From: Veleropilina oligotropha
Lineage: Eukaryota
DNA: 64,000 nt
Direction of reading: 5' to 3'
Assembly (NCBI GenBank): GCA_048128005.1
Contig: JBEUKZ010000025.1
Coordinates: 124,001 to 188,000, forward strand
The notes beneath the pieces were generated by a model. It was not told where the DNA came from and searched no databases. It saw nothing but the letters and a program-made list of their open reading frames with translations. Shown here one piece after another: positions 10,540 to 23,093 of the stretch; position 1 is the stretch's first letter, and every line of letters begins with the position of its first letter. The position numbers were made by a program, and so were the translations under genes.

Positions 10540-13204
10540 ATGAATATTACCAATAATTATTCCTCATCTTCATTATCATCGTCGTCCAGTGATGATGACG
10601 ATGACATAATCGCTTTGTTTTACCTGCAAGCTGCAAGAAAACGGCAGAAGAGAAAAAGGAGGTGGTGGGTGCATAGCATATTACAGGGAAGAAAGCAATA
10701 TGGCGAATACAACAGATTGATAAAAGAATTGGAGTTGGATGGAGAGAGATTTAAGCAGTATTTCAGATTAACACGGGACCAGTTTGACCACATTCTGAAC
10801 ATTGCAGCGCCCGAAATCCAAAAGGCGAACACAAACTGGCGAGAGAGCATCCACCCAAGAGAAAGATTGGCAATATGCTTACGGTAAATATAATGCACAC
10901 AAGAGATACAGAAATACAAACATGTATATGAATATAAACAAGTAACGAGTTGTCACTAACACAAAACTTTACTTATACAAAGTTATTATACACCAAATAC
11001 AAATATATGTCGAAACGTTCATGTAAACAAAGTACACTTTTACATAGACGTATACTTCCCCATTCCTAAACCCAGGTCATCGGTTTCTGTTTGGGAACCA
11101 GACCAACTTTCCACCGTATTCCATACGGAATAGTTTACTCCAGATTGGTGCCCAGCGAGGGGTTGGGTTTGACCTTGTAGTTGTGGTTGCGAATTAAATT
11201 GGGTATGAAGTTCTGATTGGTTGTGGGGGTATGTTGGGCTTGTGGTTGTGGGTGGATATACATTTGTGGTTGGATGATGGATTGTTTAGTTTGTTGCTGT
11301 GTTTGATTTTGGCATTGCATATGATGTTGTATATTTGACAAGTTTTGTGCCTCATTGATATTGTTTTCAGCATCAAACAAAATTTCATGGATTTTTAATT
11401 TCGTCAAAGCCTTTTGTTGTGGTGACAGGCGGCGTAGTGTAGGTACTAGCGAAGATAAGAAAAGTTCATCTTCATCTGGAGGGGGCCTAGCATGCCTTTC
11501 TTCACGGGCTTCCGATTTTCTTTTTTACTCTTTAATGTAATCAACCATCAACTGTCCCATTGGATCCAGCTTGCATTCGCGTACCTTTCACTGCTTTGCA
11601 GGCTTCTGAATGCGTAAAGGAGTACTATTTACATATGTTGATGGAGAAGGTATATCACCTGATGCCCGGCCATTATTAATTGGTGTTTTGGGGTCAGAAG
11701 CTCCCAAATCAATACCCGCGTCGCTTTCCACGTCATCGTTATCATTTTTTTCATCAGACGTATAATATATGTCTTCATCCTCGAATTCATCTGCGCGCCA
11801 TGTTACTGGTGGTACTGAAAACACGGAAACAAATCTTCATTGTCGATGTTACACAGTGAAGGGCTGTACATGAAATGTTTAGCCACATTAACTGAACACA
11901 AACATGAAACCAAACACTCACATTATTTCTTGTATGCATTTATTTCGATAATTATATGAATACCTAGCAATGCTTTCAAGCACTCACTTTCTTTCTTGCA
12001 TGTATGTATCCAAGAATGACATCGACTGCAAATGTTTCCATTTTTTAACTCTCGTAGCGGCTTGACCGCTTGTTGTTTTCAGCATCTTTTTCTTCTTGAC
12101 ATATGCATCCCTGAGAGTCTTCCACTTCAATTTACACTCAGCACCTTACTTTAAACGTATTTTATTGTGAAAGTACAATTTTTGGATGAGGCAAAAGTTG
12201 CAACAAATAAATAAACATGTAATGCACAGTATAAAATACTTCATTGACAAATATTACATTGCTTTTGCAGATATTTGGCGACAGGTGACTCATTCAAGAG
12301 TCTTGCCTTCAGTTATAGAATGGGAGCTTCTACAGTTGCCAGCATCATACCACAAGTGTGCATTGCATTGTGGGATACTCTTTCTCCATTGTACATGTCA
12401 GAACCCAAGGAACAAAGAGACTGGGAAATAATAGCGGACGGGTTCAAACAATGGAATTTCCCTAACTGTATAGGAGCTCTTGATGGGAAACATGTCCAGA
12501 TACAAGCCCCACCTAAATCTGGATGCAGGTTTTTCAACTACAAGGGAACATTTTCCATTATTTTAATGGCATTAGTTGATGCAAAGTGTAGATTCATCTA
12601 CGTGGATGTTGGTTCATACGGCAGGAACAGCGATGGTGGTATATTTGCCAATTCATCTCTTGGCAAGGCATTACAACAGGGAAAGATGGCATTACCAAAT
12701 GATAAAGTGTTGCCAGGGGCTCAAGATGAAGACCCAATGCCTTACGTAATTGTAGCAGATGAAGCTTCCCCCCTAAACACATGGCTTATGCGACCCTACC
12801 CAGGAAGAAACAACACTGAAGAGAAGCGGATTTTCAATTATCGTCTCTCCAGAGCACGAAGAATTGTTGAAAATGCATTTGGCCTTCTGGCGGCAAGGTG
12901 GAGGATCTATCACAGGAAAATACAGTTACACCCTGAAAGTGTTGACAAAGTGATACTGGCTACCTGCGTATTGCATAATTATTTGCTAACAACACCTGCA
13001 ATAGCTGAATCTGAAGATGTATTGCTTGAAGGAACCACTGATGCAGAAGAATGTTTGGGGTTGGCGGATTTAGCTAGTGTTGGCCATCACGCTAGTGACG
13101 ATTCCTATCAAGTTCGTGAGAAATTAAAGGATTATTTCAATTCTGATGTTGGTGCTATTCCCTGGCAGTACACGGTTGTGCGCAGGGGAACCGGGCAAGA
13201 GTGA
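10540..13204 (+). CDS. Harbinger (HARBI1-like) DDE transposase, exons 10540-10883 and 12271-13204
   Basis: GT..AG splice restores ERLAICLR|YLATGDSF; motifs IGALDGKH, VADEA, FNYRLSRARRIVENAFG, CVLHN. Confidence 0.9.
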
Positions 13205-13979
13205 CTATACATTCGTATATGCACAAGCATATTAACCAGACTATAACTACTGTATGACTTTATTTTGTGGAAAAGTGTTATTTGGTGTTCGTGCATTTAT
13301 ATGACTATATTTATATGTTCACACCCCGAAAGAGTTCAATTCACAAAAACAATATGATTGGGAGCAAGAAATATCAAAATAGTCTAAATAAGTGACGACT
13401 TATCATTAATATATTTTATATATATATATAATATACACATACGTACGCACACACACTGTGTAGAAGGCCGATCCGGTGGACGCGTCTAGAGTGTCTATTC
13501 TTGACTGCTCTGACAAACAGAAGTGCTTTCGAACCTCGATTGGGCCAATGACATTCTTTGTTCAGTTAACAATCACAGTTGTTCTGGCGGAAGAAGGCGT
13601 GTCATGTTGGATACTCGTGAATTCCTCACATGATGATATTGACATGTCGGAGTTGTAAATATACAGGATATTAATCGGCAATTTTATTATCACGGTTCAT
13701 CGGTGTTTAATTGTTTGTGGTTACACAATAGTATCACTTTTCTATGACATAAAAAAACGCATACAAGTATTAAGACATATAGGTCTACAAACATAGGCCT
13801 ACTGTACCTGATATTTCAAACATGGCTCCTACTGTACCCCAGATGTTACCACTTTTCTCCGTGTCTCTGTATGAAACATTCTCTGTATCGCACAGAGAGG
13901 GATGCTTCTGAACCTCGACAATTAGTTCATCAACATCTAATGATAACCGAGTTGTTTTATTTTGAACTTTCTTTCGCAT
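11135..13979 (-). pseudogene. Harbinger second gene: MADF (Myb/SANT-like) and BESS-like protein, exons ~13808-13979, 11988-12144, ~11135-11864 (last exon disrupted)
   Basis: LIVEVQKHPSLCD..YRD..W joined to ECKLKWKTLRDAY..SGQAA..WKHLQSMSFL; C-terminal DELFLSSLVPTLRRLSPQQKALTKLKIHEILF. Confidence 0.75.
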
Positions 13980-15275
13980 ATTAACAAATATTCTGCAAAT
14001 CAACAAATGGCTGACACTGATTCCAGCTGATAGAAATTGAAAAATCCCAAATTACACACGGTTGATGACGTCATTCTTATTGTGTTTTGCATGTCTCATA
14101 TTGAGGTTGAATCCGAGTGAAGTCAACGTGCACGGACTTTGGTAGTTGCACGGACTTTGGTAGTTCCATTAACCAGTGCCATATTGTCGCCGTATGTATG
14201 CTCACTGTATGGGTGTGCTCGAGACGCCTGTCCAGAACAGGTTCTGTCTGTCCTGTATTTCGAATGGTTTTGCACAGGAACAGTTGTTCAGACATGCGCA
14301 CAAGTGGCCAATGGTCGCATTGTTGTAAAATATATTCAAAAACAATAGTTAGCTTTATTACTATTAAATAACATGTAAAAATAGACACAATGTCTTCATA
14401 TATATAACGCTCGGCAGTTTAGAAAAGCTGTCAACAAAGAAAATTCGCGTCTGTTATCATTCCAAAATGTCAAATACATACTGTAAAAGTCATATTTTTT
14501 CCATCGTATATTAAATATCTATTACATAAAGATGTTATTTACTTTGAAAAACAATATGTGGAAGTTTCAATTGATCGTCACATGATGGGTGACGTCACTG
14601 TTCCCACTGTACCACCTCGCTGGATGGAACAGGCTGCACAGGTTCCGGACACTGTTCTCGACCGTTCGATTGCTGTTCTGTCTGTCCTGCACGTTCCTAG
14701 GCAGCGTTTCGAGCGCACCCTATGTGTTGGTGATTTCATTTAGCAAATAAACAATTATAATTTAATATACTGTACAACTTTGTAACATTTAAAATATAAT
14801 ACATCAAGTGACAATGTATAACACTGTGCAAGATTTCGTATTTTTAAATGTATGAAAATAAAACCCTCGGATTGACTCGATCGTCCGATAACCATTGTCT
14901 TATAACTCTGCCAGGTCTTTCCCGGAAGGTAAACCCTCTATCTTGGCTAATAAATTATACTTAAATACGTCACAAACGGGAATCTCCCCAAGCGGCAAAA
15001 ATCTCACGCGTCAAAAATCGCTACAGAAGCGATTATATCCGCCCGCGTGACGCCCGCTTGCCTTCCGTCCGCGTTAGTGTGTTTTGCCACTACACATATC
15101 ATATGTTCCATTTTTTCCGCCCGCGTGTAACTTGCCGTCCGCGTGACCGCCCGCGTCCTGTCTGTTCTCAGCTTTAGTGTGTTTTGCCACTACAAATATC
15201 ATATGTTCCATTTTTACCGCCGCGTGTAACTCTCCGTCCGCGTGACCGCCCGCGTCCTGTCTGTTCGCAGCTTTA

Positions 15276-16292
15276 GGCGAACAAAGCGCGAGACCCCAGA
15301 TCACTAAAACATTTCTGCGCAGATCGAAATTTTCCATTTGATGAAAATTTGACCCCTAAATAACAAAAAGAGTCAACAATTGGTAGTTTTAATTTCCATA
15401 GAACCATTTATTGATCCTTGATAGTCGACCTCTGTGAAAAATCATGATCTTCGTTTTAACAGTATTTACTGTAATATTCCATTTTTTACAATAATCCAGT
15501 AATTTATTGAGTAGAATTTGCAGAGTTTCAGGATTTGTGGCAAACAAAGCGGAATCGTCAGCAAATAATAAATAATAGTCTACATGCCAATTTCTCGTAC
15601 TGTATCATCAATATTTTCGTGCTCATTTCATTGATAAATAAAAGAAAAACTAGATGAGATAAAGGCTCACCTTGCTTTACACCCACTGTACTATTAAAAT
15701 ATTCTGAACATTGATTGTCATATTTTACACAACATACAACTCTGTTATACATTTCCTTAAGATATTTCACAAAATGTGTGTTCTCAGCTCATAGTCGGTA
15801 GCGCTCGCCCGTCAGCTCATAGTCGGCAGCGCTCGCCCGTCAGCACATAGTCGGTAGCGCTCGCCCGTCAGCACATAGTCGGCAGCGCTCGCCCGTCAGC
15901 TCATAGTCGGTAGCGCTCGCCCGTCAGCTCATAGTCGGCAGCGCTCGCCCGTCAGCACATAGTCGGTAGCGCTCACCCCTTGTTCTAACAATTTAAACCA
16001 TATCCCATTTCTATATACAAGATCAAACGCCTTTTTAAAGTCTATAAATGCTACATACAATTTACCACGTTTGTTTAAAGTTTCAATAACAACGGATTTC
16101 AACAAATAAATACAATCAATTGTAGAACGATGTCGTCTAAAGCCAAATTGTTCGTTATAAATTTTATCATCCTCTTCTGCCCATTTAAATAGTCTATTAT
16201 AAAGAACACTTGAGAACATTTTACCAAATATGCTACTGAATGTTATCCCTCTAAAGTTGCTAGCATCATTTAAATTTACCGATTCGGGTATA
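15276..16292 (-). pseudogene. RTE-X-like LINE RT fragment (piece 2, interrupted by minisatellite)
   Basis: NFRGIT, QFGFR..STID, FIDFKKAFD, GVKQGEPLS, YLGVKFSSNGKF..SRALFA. Confidence 0.85.
15784..15974. repeat. 28-bp minisatellite, ~6.8 copies
   Basis: Unit tcagc(t/a)catagtcgg(t/c)agcgctcgcccg. Confidence 0.95.
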
Positions 16293-17339
16293 CATAGGTT
16301 GCAGACACGTGACCAAAACCACGTGATCACCGAGTCGTCCGCCATCGCGAAAGGCAAACACTCGTAGCAGTCAATCAAGTGAATACTAGTCAATACGTAA
16401 AATATCTGTAGAAATCAATAAAATACGTGTGAAGGAGCATGAATTCATTTAATTCTTTGAATATTCACGAGTTGTTGTTCTTACGGGAAGTTGTTACGTT
16501 TGATATCGCAACCGCAGAAAAACAAATGCGGCGAATAAAGTAAATATTCATGTAATAAGCTATACTGTTGCTGACTTGAGTTAATTAGTTCCTACGTTTG
16601 ATGCATATCATTATATAAATTGTCAGTAAATTGTCGTATGTATATTACTAAATGTAGTAAGCTTATTATAGTAGGCCTACGTACTTTTTGTCTTTTTACG
16701 GATTAATTGAATGTTTCCCGACTTTAAAGCCAAAGTACGCATGCATCGCACGTCGTTCTTTAGTACCCCGCTGCAGTGCTAATTGTTATTTTCAATGGTT
16801 ATTGTCTTGTTCATAATTCAATTGAGACCACAGGATGTCATTGCCAAGCTGATAAATAGGTAATATTTTATTTGTGCGGCGGACCCATTGTTTCTTGTAG
16901 ACACATCTAGGCTACAAAAACCATTGGACTGAAATAACCAGCTTGCGCAATTTGAATGTTCCGCAATAAAATATAGTTCTTGATCTAATGTCTGTCTTTC
17001 AAAGTTGATAACATTAAACAAAAACTTTGCTGTATACCTACACTTCCAATAGTAACACGTTAAAGCTTTTATTTTTATTTTATTTTTTTTAAAAAGACTA
17101 CTAAGCTTAACGTGTCGCACATGTTTGGAAAAATCCACAGCTGTATCACTGCGCGTATGAGTTTGTTCCCTATAGGCCCTGTCTGATTACAATGAATCCG
17201 GATTCGGATTCCGAATGCAAATTCTCGAATCCAACTGTTGTAAAATAACGCCGTGAATTTGAAAATGGGTATCACCGTAGCAACTGCTATGGCCGACATA
17301 CACTAGGGCCTATATCAGGCGTATATGCATTTCTTGTTG

Positions 17340-19690
17340 CGGATATTCACGAACATGCAAAATGAATTCATGCACCAACATGTGGATTTCCCGACTAGAG
17401 GCAATAATGTATTAGATTTAGTGTTTTCCAGTGAGGTAATTATGGTGCAAAACATTAGCAGAATTGGGAAACTTGGATGTAGTGATCATGATTTAATTGA
17501 ATTCCAGCTACACACAAAAACAATTGTGAAAACTAGCAAACAAGAAATACCAGATTTTCGAAAAGCAGATTTTGACAAAATTAAAGCAGATCTCCGAAAT
17601 ATAAACTGGGAGGGAACTGAAAACTTAAATGCCACGGAATGTTGGGAAGGTTTTCGAAATAACATCGAACATATAATGAAAAGAAATGTTCCATTAAAGT
17701 GTAGACGCAAAAAACATTCACCACCATGGTTAACCAGGCAAGTCAGAAAAATTATAAGACGGAAATATAAACGTTGGAAACGATACAGAGAGTCACACGA
17801 CACAGATGAGCCCCAAAAATATAAAGAATGTGAGAAAGAAAGTAAAAAAGAAATCCGAGCAGCCAAAAAAGCTTTTGAAGAAAAGTTAGCAGAAAACATC
17901 AAGGAAAACCCCAAATCTTTTTATGCTTATATTAGGTCAAAACAAAAAACAAAAGATGTCGTAGGTCCCCTGAACGATGAACATGGAAATATAATATCCG
18001 ATGATGCACAAATCTCAGAATCCCTTAACAAATATTTTGCATCTGTTTATACTATTGAGGACACGATAAACATTCCACCGGTAAAACCTATTTATGAAGA
18101 TCATGAAACATTTTGTGAAAGTATTGAAATTACTACGGAAATGGTTGAAAAAAAGATAAGCTTACTAAATGTCAGTAAACCTCCAGGTCCAGACAGCATA
18201 TATCCCAAATTGCTAAAATTCGGTAAAGATGAATTAGCAAAGCCATTAGCCCTGATATTCAATAAAACTCTACAAGAAGGCAGCTTGCCTGATGACTGGT
18301 AGACTGGAAATATTACCCCAATCTTTAAAAAAGGTAGTCGATCAAATACCCAAAATTATCGACCTGTTAGTCTGACATCAATAGGATGCTATCTTAAAAC
18401 ACATAAATAAATTTGGCCTTCTAAACCTAAGTCAGCATGGGTTTATGGAAAAAAGATCTTGTTTAACAAACTTACTGGAATTTTTGGAAGATGTAACAAG
18501 TGCAATTGACAATGGCAAACCAGTTGATATCATATATCGTGATTTTCAGAAAGCATTCGATAAAGTACCACATAAACGACTATTACAAAAATTAAGTAAC
18601 CATGGCATTAAAGGCCAAATACTAAATTGGATATGTAAGTGGCTAGAAAATAGAAAACAGAGGGTTGTAATAAATGGGATAAAGTCAGAATGGAAACCAG
18701 TACTAAGTGGAGTCCCACAAGGTTCTGTGTTGGGACCATTGTTGTTTCTCATATATTTAAATGATATTGATGACGTCATTACAACTCTAGTAAAAAAGTT
18801 TGCAGACGATACCAAGCTGTACAGAATTATCGAAACAGAAGAAGATGCAAAGAAACTTCAAGGTGATTTAAATAATGTGATAAAATGGTCTGAGGACTGG
18901 CAAATGGTTTTCAACACCAGCAAATGTAAAGTAATGCATGTGGGTTATAATAACAATACCTATAATTATGAAATGGGTTCAGAAGCTTTACAAGAAGTGG
19001 CCAAAGAAAAAGATTTGGGTGTATGGGTAGACAAGACATTTAAACCATCAAATCAATGTGCAGAGTCAGCTAAAAAGGGAAATCAAATATTGGGAATGAT
19101 AAAGAGAAATTTTAATTTTAAATCTAAAGCCATCATAACTCGCCTATACAAGCAAATGGTTAGACCGCATTTAGAATATGCAGTGCAAGCATGGTGTCCA
19201 TATCTTGCAAAGGATATCAATATAATAGAACAAGTTCAAAAAAGAGCCACAAAATTGATAGGAGAATTGAGAGAATTACCTTATGAGGAGAGACTAAGAG
19301 CTCTGAACCTCACAACATTATCTTTGAGAAGGATAAGAGGTGATATGATTCAGGTGTTTAAAATGTTTACAGGAAAAGTCAACCTTGACAATAGTTTCTT
19401 TTTTCAGATGAACCAAAGGCATACCCGGGGGCATCAATACATGATTTACAAAAAACGATTCCGACTAGACGTTAGAAAACACTTTTTCTCAAATCGGGTT
19501 GTCGATGAATGGAATGCTCTTCCTAATAATGTAGTGGAATCGACATCTGTAAACCAATTTAACAATCGCCTAGATGAGCATTTTAAGAAGAAGGGCAGGT
19601 TATAGAGGACAAGACAAATCAATGGGTTTTTATATGAGTGGCAGTAATGCGCTTTCTAAACCCAAACAAATTCTATTTAATTATATTTAA
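17340..19690 (+). mobile_element. 5'-truncated CR1-clade LINE (end of EN plus RT), with stop and deletion near 18300-18440
   Basis: PTRGNNVLDLV..SDH; DFQKAFDKVPH, GVPQGSVLGP, FADD, RPHLEYA, FFSNRVV..WN. Confidence 0.9.
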
Positions 19691-19736
19691 ACAATGCCAA
19701 TTCCCGAAATAATCGTGCAAAAAGTGACGGGACTAA

Positions 19737-20291
19737 TGCCTATGTCATAAATACATCGTAAGCAGATACGGCGCCCGTACGATGTGTGTTTTTTAAGATG
19801 TCGTACGGTCATCGGCGACATCCTGCGGACATCGGAGACATTTTCGCCGATTTTGGGGGCATCGCAGGGTCATCGGCAACTTTTAACGCGGAGTTATAAT
19901 TTTTAGAAAATCGTACGATTTTGAAATCATGAACTCATCGCAGGCATATCGCAAGGATGCCTTGCGGTTACCTTACTCCGTAAGAGATCGTAGCAAGCCC
20001 GTAGGGCATCCGCACGTCATCCTTACGATGTCGGGACAAAATGCGAAAGCTGTAAGGTGACGGTACGGGGATCGCAAGCTGACCTTACGGGAATCGTAAT
20101 GTAATCTTACGACGTCCGCACGTTTTAACCGCCCGCAAAATTGTGTTAGCCCGTACGGGCACCGTATCTAATGTGACCACGGCACATATACTTTCGCCAG
20201 AAACTACGATTCTTCCCCGATGTCGGGGTAGCCGAGACGCCGTACGATTATTCTCCATCGCACGGCGCCCGGTGTATTTCTGACATAGGCA
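19737..20291. mobile_element. Harbinger/Tourist-type MITE
   Basis: TIRs tgcctatgtcataaatac / gtatttctgacataggca; TAA TSD at 19734-19736 and 20292-20294. Confidence 0.8.
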
Positions 20292-21227
20292 TAACGGAAA
20301 CCATAAGCTGATTAACGCAAATTACAATATTATTGACATGTCAGGCTGGACTATGAATGGTTGTGATGTTTGGCGTGAGGGGCTGTCAACTTCAAGAAGT
20401 TGAGCTGTTCTCGATATTCGCCTTTATTTTTCAAGATGATGACAGCTTCATTTCTAATAATAGTAATATTCCGAATTATTACCTAGATGTTTGTAGCGTC
20501 ATTCGCATAAATAAAAGTTACATAATCATACTGCGTTGTGTCGACATAATATTATGTAGCTTTATTCAATTTCCGTAATTATTAATGCAAACTTACGCAT
20601 CGTCTCCGATCGCCGCCATCTTGTTTTGAGCATCGAATCTGGTGAATCCACCTCGCAGAGGAGATTCACCGATTCGCGAATCCGGATTCAGGTTCGTCGA
20701 ATCTGTTGTAAACAGACAGCACAGAATCTGAAACCGGTTTCGGATTCGTTGTAATCAGACAGGGCCTAGCAGTCACCATGTGCACAGACCCGAGGCATGT
20801 ACGAAATAAATTCTAAGCTCGAATTTTAGATTAAATATATAAATACCGAAATACACTCGGAATGCGAAAATTGCTTTCATTTTACAATGGACAACGTTTC
20901 CGATCAACGGGATTAACGTAGGCGCCTACTTTCACGTTTTAAAATAATATGAATCAATGTATCAAACTTTGATGGCGGTCTGATTTTATTTCAATTCGAT
21001 GGATGTTCAACGCTATTGTTACCGTCGACAATTGAATAAAGAACACAAAAGGTATTTATTTATAAGGCTAATTCAATTTTCAATTTCAATTCAGTGTATT
21101 TAGCTATAAACAAATACATATTTGTAGCTATAATTATACATCTATGACGGACAGGTTATAGACTATGAGTACAAATGCATATGTATCAGGATTAGCAAGA
21201 AATGTAGATGCAAATATATTAATATAA

Positions 21228-21229
<2 letters not shown>

Positions 21230-21266
<37 letters not shown>
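21230..21266. repeat. (TA)n microsatellite
   Basis: Direct reading. Confidence 0.95.
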
Positions 21267-21269
<3 letters not shown>

Positions 21270-21471
21270 ATAAAATATAGCAAAGACATATGCAATTATA
21301 AATGGTTTTTGGAGGAACCAGTATTATTAATTGATGTCAATACAACAAAGAGGAGTGCTCAGCAGATAATCATATACGGTATTGAATAACCTGACAATGA
21401 AAATTGCAATGCATGTAATGTATATATAACAGTAATGGTAACATTAAACAGTTGATGTAATAGTTTAAAAC

Positions 21472-22022
21472 TTATATATGATTATTCCTTATAGTCCAAG
21501 AATGTTTTAGAAATATCCCTAGATTGGATAACAATTTATTGGAATCTGTTGTCATCAAATTTATAAATTTCTGCATGGTCGGCCATCTAGTATAATATTT
21601 CGGTAGATATGTGGTGCGAATATTTCTATAATTAGGGCAAACTAGGACAAAGTGGTACTCATCTTCAACTACTTGCATGGGGCAGTGTTGGCATATCCTA
21701 TTCTGTCTTTCAACTCCATGAAATCTTCCCTCCTCGACAGCTAGTTTACCGCTTCCACTTCTTATTTGTGATATAAGTTTTCTAGTTACCTGATTTTGTA
21801 GTGTCAGGTACTTTTCCAAATGCATAATAGGTTTATAATTTGAATATAAACGCAATTTCGGGGTGTTTTGTATGGTGTTGTGCCAACACTGCCTGAACTG
21901 GTCGTATAATCGCTGGGTTAGCCTGGATAGAGAAAGTTCAATAGAACCTTGCTCTATCCAGTAATTATTAAAGCCTAACTCAATCAGTAAATCTCTTACG
22001 CTAGAGGCCCAGTTTATAGCAT
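21472..22022 (-). pseudogene. RTE-X-like LINE ORF2 3' end
   Basis: NWASSVRDLL..LGF, RICQHC..VEDEYHFVLVCPNY..R; similar to 37.9-38.3 kb. Confidence 0.8.
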
Positions 22023-22345
22023 TAACCCTTTGTAAGATTCGAATGAAATTTTAGCTATGGCTTAATTAATAGCCTAAAATTGGACCAGTTATTTAATTTA
22101 AATGACGAAGGCTCTGCTGTTGTTGTATGAACTAAACCAAATCGAACCCAAACGACAATATATATTTAATATATTGAAAGTACCGTCACAACGCTTCCGT
22201 GAATTTCTATCTTTATCATTTATTTTCACATAATTGAATCGATTTATACTGTAACCTTATATCCCTCGTGTTATTCCTTTCCTTCTGCAATGGCGCCGCG
22301 CACATAATTATGGGACTGCGTGACGTCATCTGCAACCTATGTATA

Positions 22346-22543
22346 GGAATAATCATTCCTTTAGTCCAGCAATCAGGATATATACACTGTTTTAAAATAA
22401 ATAATTATATACACGTAATAATAACGGGATAATTATGTCCTTCAATGCAATAAACATGTCACTGGTTAGATCATCGTAAACGCCACATTTATTTGATTTC
22501 ATATTTGTTATGACAAACTCTATTTCCGACAATAATATATTCT
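22346..22543 (-). pseudogene. RTE-X-like LINE fragment (piece 3 of the disrupted LINE)
   Basis: EIEFVITNMKSNKCG..DLTSDMF and YPDCWTKGMIIP, contiguous with 16292 once the insertion is removed. Confidence 0.7.
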
Positions 22544-22787
22544 TAGGCCCCTTTCACACTGCATTCGGATTCGTCTTTGATTCGAATTCTACGGCTTTGC
22601 GCATGCGTACTATGCTAATTGCAGCCAGGCAATCGAAGTGACTTCGGTTACAGGATTCGCCTGAAATCGGCGGGTTTCGCTTTGATTCACAGGTGTGAAA
22701 TGTAAACATGCTAGCCTACTGTACGAAATCGTCAACAATAATACATGCAGCGTCAATTGGTTCTTAATTAATATGGCAACTCTCTCT

Positions 22788-23093
22788 TATGGAAAACTAG
22801 TCCAGATGCTGCGTGAAAATCCTCATGCAACAACATGGGTGTCAAATCTAAGAAATATGCTATATGAATACGGATTTGGATACATATGGGAAGAGCAAGG
22901 TGCTTGGGACGTTAACGCTTTTTTACGTGAATTTAAGACAAGGTTAATGGATATCTTCATTCAAAATTGGAGAAATAATATGGAAAATTCTGCAAAGGCA
23001 TACTATTACAAACAGTATAAAGAATTTAAATATGCGCCATACCTATAGATTCTATCAGACGTAATACATACAGGATTGCGCTAACTCGTTTCC
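22788..23093 (+). repeat. Fragment nearly identical to LINE sequence at ~45676-45986
   Basis: KLVQMLRENPHATTWVSNLRNMLYEYGFG... shared with only a few differences. Confidence 0.9.

Larger units (their letters stand above)
10326..15173. mobile_element. Full-length PIF/Harbinger DNA transposon
   Basis: Perfect TIR agctgagaacagacaggacgcgggcgg; TTA TSD at 10323-10325 and 15174-15176; contains transposase and MADF genes. Confidence 0.9.
9760..15272. mobile_element. Internally deleted (~0.66 kb) PIF/Harbinger derivative, split by insertion of a full-length relative
   Basis: TIRs agccgagaacagacaggacgcg / cgcgtcctgtctgttcgcagct with TAA/TTA flanks; 9760-10322 and 15177-15272 are homologous to both ends of the inner element. 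Confidence 0.8.
17175..20766. mobile_element. MITE (Harbinger-like TIR) hosting a CR1 and a second MITE
   Basis: TIRs ggccctgtctgattacaa / ttgtaatcagacagggcc, TA flanks, gaatcc/ggattc subterminal repeats. Confidence 0.65.
16293..22341. mobile_element. Unclassified TIR element with TATA TSD (hosts CR1, MITEs and a LINE 3' end)
   Basis: TIRs cataggttgcaga / tctgcaacctatg; TATA at 16289-16292 and 22342-22345; removing it restores LINE sequence WTKGMIIPIPESVNLNDASNFRG. Confidence 0.75.

Noticed and set aside
15784..15974. CRISPR-like array
   Set aside because: Units are contiguous with no unique spacers, no cas genes, eukaryotic context
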